64,000 bases of DNA from Auanema rhodensis. Lineage: Eukaryota; Animalia; Nematoda. The stretch is taken from positions 19,034,001 to 19,098,000 of the forward strand of contig OZ059896.1 of assembly GCA_964057225.1 (NCBI GenBank). Reading direction: 5' to 3'. Position 1 is the stretch's first letter. Each line of letters starts with the position of its first letter. Both the position numbers and the translations under genes were made by a program. Of this stretch, positions 36,435-50,600 are shown piece after piece. The notes beneath the pieces were generated by a model. It had not been told where the DNA came from. It did no database searches and saw only the letters and a list, made by a program, of their open reading frames with translations.

Positions 36435-39242
36435 GCACTATACTACATTGAGAAACGCTTAATACAAAAATTAGTTATGATCGTTTGAAAAATGATGCAT
36501 TAGTGTATGTTGAGTTTCCATGTACACTCAACATTGCTTCCAAAAACATTTTGACAAAAATTTTTTCGAAAAATTTCAAAATAATTTAGCAAAAAGTAGA
36601 TGTTTTTAGATTCCTTTTTTCAAGGCAAAGACGATGGACAATGTTATTCAACAAAAAAATTAGTTCTTCAGGGTGAAAATCGAGTATATAAGTGTGAACT
36701 TATATCAGTTGATATCTCGGTGCATTTTTAAGCTAGCGCAAATCTCATAACACAGATCGACGCAGCTTAAAAATCCGCATCGAATGCACTATACTACATT
36801 GAGAAACGCTTAATACAAAAATTAGTTATGATCGTTTGAAAAATGATGCATTAGTGTATGTTGAGTTTCCATGTACACTCAACATTGCTTCCAAAAACAT
36901 TTTGACAAAAATTTTTTCGAAAAATTTCAAAATAATTTAGCAAAAAGTAGATGTTTTTAGATTCCTTTTTTCAAGGCAAAGACGATGGACAATGTTATTC
37001 AACGAAAAAATTAATTCTTCAGGGTGAAAATAGAGGATATAAGTGTGAACTTATATCAGTTGATATCTCGGTGCATTTTTAAGCTAGCGCAAATCTGATA
37101 ACACAGATCGACGCAGCTTAAAAATCCGCATCGAATGCACTATACTACATTGAGAAACGCTTAATTCAAAAATTAGTTATGATTGTTTGAAAAATGATGC
37201 ATTAGTGTATGTTGAGTTTCCATGTACACTCAACATTGCTTCCAAAAACATTTTGACAAAAATTTTTTCGAAAAATTTCAAAATAATTTAGCAAAAAGTA
37301 GATGTTTTTAGATTCCTTTTTTCAAGGCAAAGACGATGGACAATGTTATTCAACAAAAAAATTAGTTCTTCAGGGTGAAAATCGAGTATATAAGTGTGAA
37401 CTTATATCAGTTGATATCTCGGTGCATTTTTAAGCTAGCGCAAATCTCATAACACAGATCGACGCAGCTTAAAAATCCGCATCGAATGCACTATACTACA
37501 TTGAGAAACGCTTAATACAAAAATTAGTTATGATCGTTTGAAAAATGATGCATTAGTGTATGTTGAGTTTCCATGTACACTCAACATTGCTTCCAAAAAC
37601 ATTTTGACAAAAATTTTTTCGAAAAATTTCAAAATAATTTAGCAAAATGTAGATGTTTTTAGATTCCTTTTTTCAAGGCAAAGACGATGGACAATGTTAT
37701 TCAACAAAAAAATTAGTTCTTCAGGGTGAAAATCGAGTATATAAGTGTGAACTTATATCAGTTGATATCTCGGTGCATTTTTAAGCTAGCGCAAATCTCA
37801 TAACACAGATCGACGCAGCTTAAAAATCCGCATCGAATGCACTATACTACATTGAGAAACGCTTAATACAAAAATTAGTTATGATCGTTTGAAAAATGAT
37901 GCATTAGTGTATGTTGAGTTTCCATGTACACTCAACATTGCTTCCAAAAACATTTTGACAAAAATTTTTTCGAAAAATTTCAAAATAATTTAGCAAAAAG
38001 TAGATGTTTTTAGATTCCTTTTTTCAAGGCAAAGACGATGGACAATGTTATTCAACAAAAAAATTAGTTCTTCAGGGTGAAAATCGAGTATATAAGTGTG
38101 AACTTATATCAGTTGATATCTCGGTGCATTTTTAAGCTAGCGCAAATCTCATAACACAGATCGACGCAGCTTAAAAATCCGCATCGAATGCACTATACTA
38201 CATTGAGAAACGCTTAATACAAAAATTAGTTATGATCGTTTGAAAAATGATGCATTAGTGTATGTTGAGTTTCCATGTACACTCAACATTGCTTCCAAAA
38301 ACATTTTGACAAAAATTTTTTCGAAAAATTTCAAAATAATTTAGCAAAAAGTAGATGTTTTTAGATTCCTTTTTTCAAGGCAAAGACGATGGACAATGTT
38401 ATTCAACGAAAAAATTAATTCTTCAGGGTGAAAATAGAGGATATAAGTGTGAACTTATATCAGTTGATATCTCGGTGCATTTTTAAGCTAGCGCAAATCT
38501 GATAACACAGATCGACGCAGCTTAAAAATCCGCATCGAATGCACTATACTACATTGAGAAACGCTTAATTCAAAAATTAGTTATGATTGTTTGAAAAATG
38601 ATGCATTAGTGTATGTTGAGTTTCCATGTACACTCAACATTGCTTCCAAAAACATTTTGACAAAAATTTTTTCGAAAAATTTCAAAATAATTTAGCAAAA
38701 AGTAGATGTTTTTAGATTCCTTTTTTCAAGGCAAAGACGATGGACAATGTTATTCAACAAAAAAATTAGTTCTTCAGGGTGAAAATCGAGTATATAAGTG
38801 TGAACTTATATCAGTTGATATCTCGGTGCATTTTTAAGCTAGCGCAAATCTCATAACACAGATCGACGCAGCTTAAAAATCCGCATCGAATGCACTATAC
38901 TACATTGAGAAACGCTTAATACAAAAATTAGTTATGATCGTTTGAAAAATGATGCATTAGTGTATGTTGAGTTTCCATGTACACTCAACATTGCTTCCAA
39001 AAACATTTTGACAAAAATTTTTTCGAAAAATTTCAAAATAATTTAGCAAAATGTAGATGTTTTTAGATTCCTTTTTTCAAGGCAAAGACGATGGACAATG
39101 TTATTCAACAAAAAAATTAGTTCTTCAGGGTGAAAATCGAGTATATAAGTGTGAACTTATATCAGTTGATATCTCGGTGCATTTTTAAGCTAGCGCAAAT
39201 CTCATAACACAGATCGACGCAGCTTAAAAATCCGCATCGAAT
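36435..39242. repeat. Tandem duplication of a 4-monomer block (2 x 1404 bp)
   Basis: Rare variants AAATAGAGG, TTAATTCAAA and AAAATGTAG recur exactly 1404 bp apart. Confidence 0.9.
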
Positions 39243-42200
39243 GCACTATACTACATTGAGAAACGCTTAATACAAAAATTAGTTATGATCGTTTGAAAAA
39301 TGATGCATTAGTGTATGTTGAGTTTCCATGTACACTCAACATTGCTTCCAAAAACATTTTGACAAAAATTTTTTCGAAAAATTTCAAAATAATTTAGCAA
39401 AAAGTAGATGTTTTTAGATTCCTTTTTTCAAGGCAAAGACGATGGACAATGTTATTCAACGAAAAAATTAATTCTTTAGGGTGAAAATCGAGGATATAAG
39501 TGTGAACTTATATCAGTTGATATCTCGGTGCATTTTTAAGCTAGCGCAAATCTGATAACACAGATCGACGCAGCTTAAAAATCCGCATTGAATGCACTAT
39601 ACTACATTGAGAAACGCTTAATACAAAAATTAGTTATGATCGTTTGAAAAATGATGCATTAGTGTATGTTGAGTTTCCATGTACACTCAACATTGCTTCC
39701 AAAAACATTTTGACAAAAATTTTTTCGAAAAATTTCAAAATAATTTAGCAAAAAGTAGATGTTTTTAGATTCCTTTTTTCAAGGCAAAGACGATGGACAA
39801 TGTTATTCAACAAAAAAATTAGTTCTTCAGGGTGAAAATCGAGTATATAAGTGTGAACTTATATCAGTTGATATCTCGGTGCATTTTTAAGCTAGCGCAA
39901 ATCTCATAACACAGATCGACGCAGCTTAAAAATCCGCATCGAATGCACTATACTACATTGAGAAACGCTTAATACAAAAATTAGTTATGATCGTTTGAAA
40001 AATGATGCATTAGTGTATGTTGAGTTTCCATGTACACTCAACATTGCTTCCAAAAACATTTTGACAAAAATTTTTTCGAAAAATTTCAAAATAATTTAGC
40101 AAAAAGTAGATGTTTTTAGATTCCTTTTTTCAAGGCAAAGACGATGGACAATGTTATTCAACGAAAAAATTAATTCTTTAGGGTGAAAATCGAGGATATA
40201 AGTGTGAACTTATATCAGTTGATATCTCGGTGCATTTTTAAGCTAGCGCAAATCTCATAACACAGATCGACGCAGCTTAAAAATCCGCATCGAATGCACT
40301 ATACTACATTGAGAAACGCTTAATACAAAAATTAGTTATGATCGTTTGAAAAATGATGCATTAGTGTATGTTGAGTTTCCATGTACACTCAACATTGCTT
40401 CCAAAAACATTTTGACAAAAATTTTTTCGAAAAATTTCAAAATAATTTAGCAAAAAATAGATGTTTTTAGATTCCTTTTTTCAAGGCAAAGACGATGGAC
40501 AATGTTATTCAACGAAAAAATTAATTCTTCAGGGTGAAAATCGAGGATATAAGTGTGAACTTATATCAGTTGATATCTCGGTGCATTTTTAAGCTAGCGC
40601 AAATCTGATAACACAGATCGACGCAGCTTAAAAATCCGCATCGAATGCACTATATTACATTGAGAAACGCTTAATACAAAAATTAGTTATGATCGTTTGA
40701 AAAATGATGCATTAGTGTATGTTGAGTTTCCATGTACACTCAACATTGCTTCCAAAAACATTTTGACAAAAATTTTTTCGAAAAATTTCAAAATAATTTA
40801 GCAAAAAGTAGATGTTTTTAGATTCCTTTTTTCAAGGCAAAGACGATGGACAATGTTATTCAACGAAAAAATTAATTCTTTAGGGTGAAAATCGAGGATA
40901 TAAGTGTGAACTTATATCAGTTGATATCTCGGTGCATTTTTAAGCTAGCGCAAATCTCATAACACAGATCGACGCAGCTTAAAAATCCGCATCGAATGCA
41001 CTATACTACATTGAGAAACGCTTAATACAAAAATTAGTTATGATCGTTTGAAAAATGATGCATTAGTGTATGTTGAGTTTCCATGTACACTCAACATTGC
41101 TTCCAAAAACATTTTGACAAATTTTTTTCGAAAAATTTCAAAATAATTTAGCAAAAAGTAGATGTTTTTAGATTCCTTTTTTCAAGGCAAAGACGATGGA
41201 CAATGTTATTCAACGAAAAAAATAATTCTTTAAGGTGAAAATCGAGGATATAAGTGTGAACTTATATCAGTTGATATCTCGGTGCATTTTTAAGCTAGCG
41301 CAAATCTGATAACACAGATCGACGCAGCTTAAAAATCCGCATCGAATGCACTATATTACATTGAGAAACGCTTAATACAAGAATTAGTTATGATCGTTTG
41401 AAAAATGATGCATTAGTGTATGTTGAGTTTCCATGTACACTCAACATTGCTTCCAAAAACATTTTGACAAAAATTTTTTCGAAAAATTTCAAAATAATTT
41501 AGCAAAAAGTAGATGTTTTTAGATTCCTTTTTTCAAGGCAAAGACGATGGACAATGTTATTCAACAAAAAAATTAGTTCTTCAGGGTGAAAATCGAGTAT
41601 ATAAGTGTGAACTTATATCAGTTGATATATCGGTGCATTTTTAAGCTAGCGCAAATCTCATAACACAGATCGACGCAGCTTAAAAATCCGCATCGAATGC
41701 ACTATACTACATTGAGAAACGCTTAATACAAAAATTAGTTATGATCGTTTGAAAAATGATGCATTAGTGTATGTTGAGTTTCCATGTACACTCAACATTG
41801 CTTCCAAAAACATTTTGACAAAAATTTTTTCGAAAAATTTCAAAATAATTTAGCAAAAAGTAGATGTTTTTAGATTCCTTTTTCAAGGCAAAGACGATGG
41901 ACAATGTTATTCAACGAAAAAATTAATTCTTCAGGGTGAAAATCGAGGATATAAGTGTGAACTTATATCAGTTGATATCTCGGTGCATTTTTAAGCTAGC
42001 GCAAATCTGATAACACAGATCGACGCAGCTTAAAAATCCGCATCGAATGCACTATACTACATTGAGAAACGCTTAATACAAAAATTAGTTATGATCGTTT
42101 GAAAAATGATGCATTAGTGTATGTTGAGTTTCCATGTACACTCAACATTGCTTCCAAAAACATTTTGACAAAAATTTTTTCGAAAAATTTCAAAATAATT

Positions 42201-43452
42201 TAGCAAAAAGTAGATGTTTTTAGATTCCTTTTTTCAAGGCAAAGACGATGGACAATGTTATTCAACAAAAAAATTAGTTCTTCAGGGTGAAAATCGAGTA
42301 TATAAGTGTGAACTTATATCAGTTGATATCTCGGTGCATTTTTAAGCTAGCGCAAATCTCATAACACAGATCGACGCAGCTTAAAAATCCGCATCGAATG
42401 CACTATACTACATTGAGAAACGCTTAATACAAAAATTAGTTATGATCGTTTGAAAAATGATGCATTAGTGTATGTTGAGTTTCCATGTACACTCAACATT
42501 GCTTCCAAAAACATTTTGACAAAAATTTTTTCGAAAAATTTCAAAATAATTTAGCAAAATGTAGATGTTTTTAGATTCCTTTTTTCAAGGCAAAGACGAT
42601 GGACAATGTTATTCAACGAAAAAATTAATTCTTCAGGGTGAAAATCGAGGATATAAGTGTGAACTTATATCAGTTGATATCTCGGTGCATTTTTAAGCTA
42701 GCGCAAATCTGATAACACAGATCGACGCAGTTTAAAAATCCGCATCGAATGCACTATACTACATTGAGAAACGCTTAATACAAGAATTAGTTATGATCGT
42801 TTGAAAAATGATGCATTAGTGTATGTTGAGTTTCCATGTACACTCAACATTGCTTCCAAAAACATTTTGACAAAAATTTTTTCGAAAAATTTCAAAATAA
42901 TTTAGCAAAAAGTAGATGTTTTTAGATTCCTTTTTTCAAGGCAAAGACGATGGACAATGTTATTCAACGAAAAAATTAATTCTTTAGGGTGAAAATCGAG
43001 GATATAAGTGTGAACTTATATCAGTTGATATCTCGGTGCATTTTTAAGCTAGCGCAAATCTGATAACACAGATCGACGCAGCTTAAAAATCCGCATCGAA
43101 TGCACTATACTACATTGAGAAACGCTTAATACAAAAATTAGTTATGATCGTTTGAAAAATGATGCATTAGTGTATGTTGAGTTTCCATGTACACTCAACA
43201 TTGCTTCCAAAAACATTTTGACAAAAATTTTTTCGAAAAATTTCAAAATAATTTAGCAAAAAGTAGATGTTTTTAGATTCCTTTTTTCAAGGCAAAGACG
43301 ATGGACAATGTTATTCAACGAAAAAATTAATTCTTTAGGGTGAAAATCGAGGATATAAGTGTGAACTTATATCAGTTGATATCTCGGTGCATTTTTAAGC
43401 TAGCGCAAATCTGATAACACAGATCGACGCAGCTTAAAAATCCGCATCGAAT

Positions 43453-46400
43453 GCACTATACTACATTGAGAAACGCTTAATACAAAAATTAGTTATGATC
43501 GTTTGAAAAATGATGCATTAGTGTATGTTGAGTTTCCATGTACACTCAACATTGCTTCCAAAAACATTTCGACAAAAATTTTTTCGAAAAATTTCAAGAT
43601 AATTTAGCAAAAAGTAGATGTTTTTAGATTCCTTTTTTCAAGGCAAAGACGATGGACAATGTTATTCAACAAAAAAATTAATTCTTCAGGGTGAAAATCG
43701 AGGATATAAGTGTGAACTTATATCAGTTGATATCTCGGTGCATTTTTAAGCTAGCGCAAATCTGATAACACAGATCGACGCAGCTTAAAAATCCGCATCG
43801 AATGCACTATACTACATTGAGAAACGCTTAATACAAAAATTAGTTATGATCGTTTGAAAAATGATGCATTAGTGTATGTTGAGTTTCCATGTACACTCAA
43901 CATTGCTTCCAAAAACATTTTGACAAAAATTTTTTCGAAAAATTTCAAAATAATTTAGCAAAAAGTAGATGTTTTTAGATTCCTTTTTTCAAGGCAAAGA
44001 CGATGGACAATGTTATTCAACGAAAAAATTAATTCTTCAGGGTGAAAATCGAGGATATAAGTGTGAACTTATATCAGTTGATATATCGGTGCATTTTTAA
44101 GCTAGCGCAAATCTCATAACACAGATCGACGCAGCTTAAAAATCCGCATCGAATGCACTATACTACATTGAGAAACGCTTAATACAAAAATTAGTTATGA
44201 TCGTTTGAAAAATGATGCATTAGTGTATGTTGAGTTTCCATGTACACTCAACATTGCTTCCAAAAACATTTCGACAAAAATTTTTTCGAAAAATTTCAAG
44301 ATAATTTAGCAAAAAGTAGATGTTTTTAGATTCCTTTTTTCAAGGCAAAGACGATGGACAATGTTATTCAACAAAAAAATTAATTCTTCAGGGTGAAAAT
44401 CGAGGATATAAGTGTGAACTTATATCAGTTGATATCTCGGTGCATTTTTAAGCTAGCGCAAATCTGATAACACAGATCGACGCAGCTTAAAAATCCGCAT
44501 CGAATGCACTATACTACATTGAGAAACGCTTAATACAAAAATTAGTTATGATCGTTTGAAAAATGATGCATTAGTGTATGTTGAGTTTCCATGTACACTC
44601 AACATTGCTTCCAAAAACATTTTGACAAAAATTTTTTCGAAAAATTTCAAAATAATTTAGCAAAAAGTAGATGTTTTTAGATTCCTTTTTTCAAGGCAAA
44701 GACGATGGACAATGTTATTCAACGAAAAAAATAATTCTTTAGGGTGAAAATCGAGGATATAAGTGTGAACTTATATCAGTTGATATCTCGGTGCATTTTT
44801 AAGCTAGCGCAAATCTGATAACACAGATCGACGCAGTTTAAAAATCCGCATCGAATGCACTATACTACATTGAGAAACGCTTAATACAAGAATTAGTTAT
44901 GATCGTTTGAAAAATGATGCATTAGTGTATGTTGAGTTTCCATGTACACTCAACATTGCTTCCAAAAACATTTTGACAAAAATTTTTTCGAAAAATTTCA
45001 AAATAATTTAGCGAAAAGTAGATGTTTTTAGATTCCTTTTTTCAAGGCAAAGACGATGGACAATGTTATTCAACGAAAAAAATAATTCTTTAGGGTGAAA
45101 ATCGAGGATATAAGTGTGAACTTATATCAGTTGATATCTCGGTGCATTTTTAAGCTAGCGCAAATCTGATAACACAGATCGACGCAGCTTAAAAATCCGC
45201 ATCGAATGCACTATACTACATTGAGAAACGCTTAATACAAAAATTAGTTATGATCGTTTGAAAAATGATGCATTAGTGTATGTTGAGTTTCCATGTACAC
45301 TCAACATTGCTTCCAAAAACATTTTGACAAAAATTTTTTCGAAAAATTTCAAAATAATTTAGCAAAAAGTAGATGTTTTTAGATTCCTTTTCTCAAGGCA
45401 AAGACGATGGACAATGTTATTCAACGAAAAAAATAATTCTTTAGGGTGAAAATCGAGGATATAAGTGTGAACTTATATCAGTTGATATCTCGGTGCATTT
45501 TTAAGCTAGCGCAAATCTGATAACACAGATCGACGCAGCTTAAAAATCCGCATCGAATGCACTATACTACATTGAGAAACGCTTAATACAAAAATTAGTT
45601 ATGATCGTTTGAAAAATGATGCATTAGTGTATGTTGAGTTTCCATGTACACTCAACATTGCTTCCAAAAACATTTCGACAAAAATTTTTTCGAAAAATTT
45701 CAAGATAATTTAGCAAAAAGTAGATGTTTTTAGATTCCTTTTTTCAAGGCAAAGACGATGGACAATGTTATTCAACAAAAAAATTAATTCTTCAGGGTGA
45801 AAATCGAGGATATAAGTGTGAACTTATATCAGTTGATATCTCGGTGCATTTTTAAGCTAGCGCAAATCTGATAACACAGATCGACGCAGCTTAAAAATCC
45901 GCATCGAATGCACTATACTACATTGAGAAACGCTTAATACAAAAATTAGTTATGATCGTTTGAAAAATGATGCATTAGTGTATGTTGAGTTTCCATGTAC
46001 ACTCAACATTGCTTCCAAAAACATTTTGACAAAAATTTTTTCGAAAAATTTCAAAATAATTTAGCAAAAAGTAGATGTTTTTAGATTCCTTTTTTCAAGG
46101 CAAAGACGATGGACAATGTTATTCAACGAAAAAATTAATTCTTCAGGGTGAAAATCGAGGATATAAGTGTGAACTTATATCAGTTGATATATCGGTGCAT
46201 TTTTAAGCTAGCGCAAATCTCATAACACAGATCGACGCAGCTTAAAAATCCGCATCGAATGCACTATACTACATTGAGAAACGCTTAATACAAAAATTAG
46301 TTATGATCGTTTGAAAAATGATGCATTAGTGTATGTTGAGTTTCCATGTACACTCAACATTGCTTCCAAAAACATTTCGACAAAAATTTTTTCGAAAAAT

Positions 46401-47664
46401 TTCAAGATAATTTAGCAAAAAGTAGATGTTTTTAGATTCCTTTTTTCAAGGCAAAGACGATGGACAATGTTATTCAACAAAAAAATTAATTCTTCAGGGT
46501 GAAAATCGAGGATATAAGTGTGAACTTATATCAGTTGATATCTCGGTGCATTTTTAAGCTAGCGCAAATCTGATAACACAGATCGACGCAGCTTAAAAAT
46601 CCGCATCGAATGCACTATACTACATTGAGAAACGCTTAATACAAAAATTAGTTATGATCGTTTGAAAAATGATGCATTAGTGTATGTTGAGTTTCCATGT
46701 ACACTCAACATTGCTTCCAAAAACATTTTGACAAAAATTTTTTCGAAAAATTTCAAAATAATTTAGCAAAAAGTAGATGTTTTTAGATTCCTTTTTTCAA
46801 GGCAAAGACGATGGACAATGTTATTCAACGAAAAAAATAATTCTTTAGGGTGAAAATCGAGGATATAAGTGTGAACTTATATCAGTTGATATCTCGGTGC
46901 ATTTTTAAGCTAGCGCAAATCTGATAACACAGATCGACGCAGTTTAAAAATCCGCATCGAATGCACTATACTACATTGAGAAACGCTTAATACAAGAATT
47001 AGTTATGATCGTTTGAAAAATGATGCATTAGTGTATGTTGAGTTTCCATGTACACTCAACATTGCTTCCAAAAACATTTTGACAAAAATTTTTTCGAAAA
47101 ATTTCAAAATAATTTAGCGAAAAGTAGATGTTTTTAGATTCCTTTTTTCAAGGCAAAGACGATGGACAATGTTATTCAACGAAAAAAATAATTCTTTAGG
47201 GTGAAAATCGAGGATATAAGTGTGAACTTATATCAGTTGATATCTCGGTGCATTTTTAAGCTAGCGCAAATCTGATAACACAGATCGACGCAGCTTAAAA
47301 ATCCGCATCGAATGCACTATACTACATTGAGAAACGCTTAATACAAAAATTAGTTATGATCGTTTGAAAAATGATGCATTAGTGTATGTTGAGTTTCCAT
47401 GTACACTCAACATTGCTTCCAAAAACATTTTGACAAAAATTTTTTCGAAAAATTTCAAAATAATTTAGCGAAAAGTAGATGTTTTTAGATTCCTTTTTTC
47501 AAGGCAAAGACGATGGACAATGTTATTCAACGAAAAAAATAATTCTTTAGGGTGAAAATCGAGGATATAAGTGTGAACTTATATCAGTTGATATCTCGGT
47601 GCATTTTTAAGCTAGCGCAAATCTGATAACACAGATCGACGCAGCTTAAAAATCCGCATCGAAT
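43453..47664. repeat. Tandem duplication of a 6-monomer block (2 x 2106 bp)
   Basis: The ordered variant pattern of monomers at 43453-45207 repeats at 45559-47313; the sixth monomers differ at about 2 sites. Confidence 0.85.
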
Positions 47665-50600
47665 GCACTATACTACATTGAGAAACGCTTAATACAAAAA
47701 TTAGTTATGATCGTTTGAAAAATGATGCATTAGTGTATGTTGAGTTTCCATGTACACTCAACATTGCTTCCAAAAACATTTTGACAAAAATTTTTTCGAA
47801 AAATTTCGAAATAATTTAGCGAAAAGTAGATGTTTTTAGATTCCTTTTTTCAAGGCAAAGACGATGGACAATGTTATTCAACGAAAAAAATAATTCTTTA
47901 GGGTGAAAATCGAGGATATAAGTGTGAACTTATATCAGTTGATATCTCGGTGCATTTTTAAGCTAGCGCAAATCTGATAACACAGATCGACGCAGCTTAA
48001 AAATCCGCATCGAATGCACTATACTACATTGAGAAACGCTTAATACAAAAATTAGTTATGATCGTTTGAAAAATGATGCATTAGTGTATGTTGAGTTTCC
48101 ATGTACACTCAACATTGCTTCCAAAAACATTTTGACAAAAATTTTTTCGAAAAATTTCAAAATAATTTAGCGAAAAGTAGATGTTTTTAGATTCCTTTTT
48201 TCAAGGCAAAGACGATGGACAATGTTATTCAACGAAAAAAATAATTCTTTAGGGTGAAAATCGAGGATATAAGTGTGAACTTATATCAGTTGATATCTCG
48301 GTGCATTTTTAAGCTAGCGCAAATCTGATAACACAGATCGACGCAGCTTAAAAATCCGCATCGAATGCACTATACTACATTGAGAAACGCTTAATACAAA
48401 AATTAGTTATGATCGTTTGAAAAATGATGCATTAGTGTATGTTGAGTTTCCATGTACACTCAACATTGCTTCCAAAAACATTTTGACAAAAATTTTTTCG
48501 AAAAATTTCAAAATAATTTAGCAAAAAGTAGATGTTTTTAGATTCCTTTTTTCAAGGCAAAGACGATGGACAATGTTATTCAACGAAAAAAATAATTCTT
48601 TAGGGTGAAAATCGAGGATATAAGTGTGAACTTATATCAGTTGATATCTCGGTGCATTTTTAAGCTAGCGCAAATCTGATAACACAGATCGACGCAGCTT
48701 AAAAATCCGCATCGAATGCACTATACTACATTGAGAAACGCTTAATACAAAAATTAGTTATGATCGTTTGAAAAATGATGCATTAGTGTATGTTGAGTTT
48801 CCATGTACACTCAACATTGCTTCCAAAAACATTTTGACAAAAATTTTTTCGAAAAATTTCAAAATAATTTAGCAAAAAGTAGATGTTTTTAGATTCCTTT
48901 TTTCAAGGCAAAGACGATGGACAATGTTATTCAACGAAAAAAATAATTCTTTAGGGTGAAAATCGAGGATATAAGTGTGAACTTATATCAGTTGATATCT
49001 CGGTGCATTTTTAAGCTAGCGCAAATCTGATAACACAGATCGACGCAGCTTAAAAATCCGCATCGAATGCACTATACTACATTGAGAAACGCTTAATACA
49101 AAAATTAGTTATGATCGTTTGAAAAATGATGCATTAGTGTATGTTGAGTTTCCATGTACACTCAACATTGCTTCCAAAAACATTTTGACAAAAATTTTTT
49201 CGAAAAATTTCAAAATAATTTAGCAAAAAGTAGATGTTTTTAGATTCCTTTTTTCAAGGCAAAGACGATGGACAATGTTATTCAACGAAAAAAATAATTC
49301 TTTAGGGTGAAAATCGAGGATATAAGTGTGAACTTATATCAGTTGATATCTCGGTGCATTTTTAAGCTAGCGCAAATCTGATAACACAGATCGACGCAGT
49401 TTAAAAATCCGCATCGAATGCACTATACTACATTGAGAAACGCTTAATACAAGAATTAGTTATGATCGTTTGAAAAATGATGCATTAGTGTATGTTGAGT
49501 TTCCATGTACACTCAACATTGCTTCCAAAAACATTTCGACAAAAATTTTTTCGAAAAATTTCAAGATAATTTAGCAAAAAGTAGATGTTTTTAGATTCCT
49601 TTTTTCAAGGCAAAGACGATGGACAATGTTATTCAACAAAAAAATTAATTCTTCAGGGTGAAAATCGAGGATATAAGTGTGAACTTATATCAGTTGATAT
49701 CTCGGTGCATTTTTAAGCTAGCGCAAATCTGATAACACAGATCGACGCAGCTTAAAAATCCGCATCGAATGCACTATACTACATTGAGAAACGCTTAATA
49801 CAAAAATTAGTTATGATCGTTTGAAAAATGATGCATTAGTGTATGTTGAGTTTCCATGTACACTCAACATTGCTTCCAAAAACATTTTGACAAAAATTTT
49901 TTCGAAAAATTTCAAGATAATTTAGCAAAAAGTAGATGTTTTTAGATTCCTTTTTTCAAGGCAAAGACGATGGACAATGTTATTCAACAAAAAAATTAGT
50001 TCTTCAGGGTGAAAATCGAGTATATAAGTGTGAACTTATATCAGTTGATATCTCGGTGCATTTTTAAGCTAGCGCAAATCTCATAACACAGATCGACGCA
50101 GCTTAAAAATCCGCATCGAAAGCACTATACTACATTGAGAAACGCTTAATACAAAAATTAGTTATGATCGTTTGAAAAATGATGCATTAGTGTATGTTGA
50201 GTTTCCATGTACACTCAACATTGCTTCCAAAAACATTTTGACAAAAATTTTTTCGAAAAATTTCAAAATAATTTAGCAAAAAGTAGATGTTTTTAGATTC
50301 CTTTTTTCAAGGCAAAGACGATGGACAATGTTATTCAACGAAAAAATTAATTCTTCAGGGTGAAAATCGAGGATATATGTGTGAACTTATATCAGTTGAT
50401 ATCTCGGTGCATTTTTAAGCTAGCGCAAATCTGATAACACAGATCGACGCAGCTTAAAAATCCGCATCGAATGCACTATACTACATTGAGAAACGCTTAA
50501 TACAAAAATTAGTTATGATCGTTTGAAAAATGATGCATTAGTGTATGTTGAGTTTCCATGTACACTCAACGTTGCTTCCAAAAACATTTCGACAAAAATT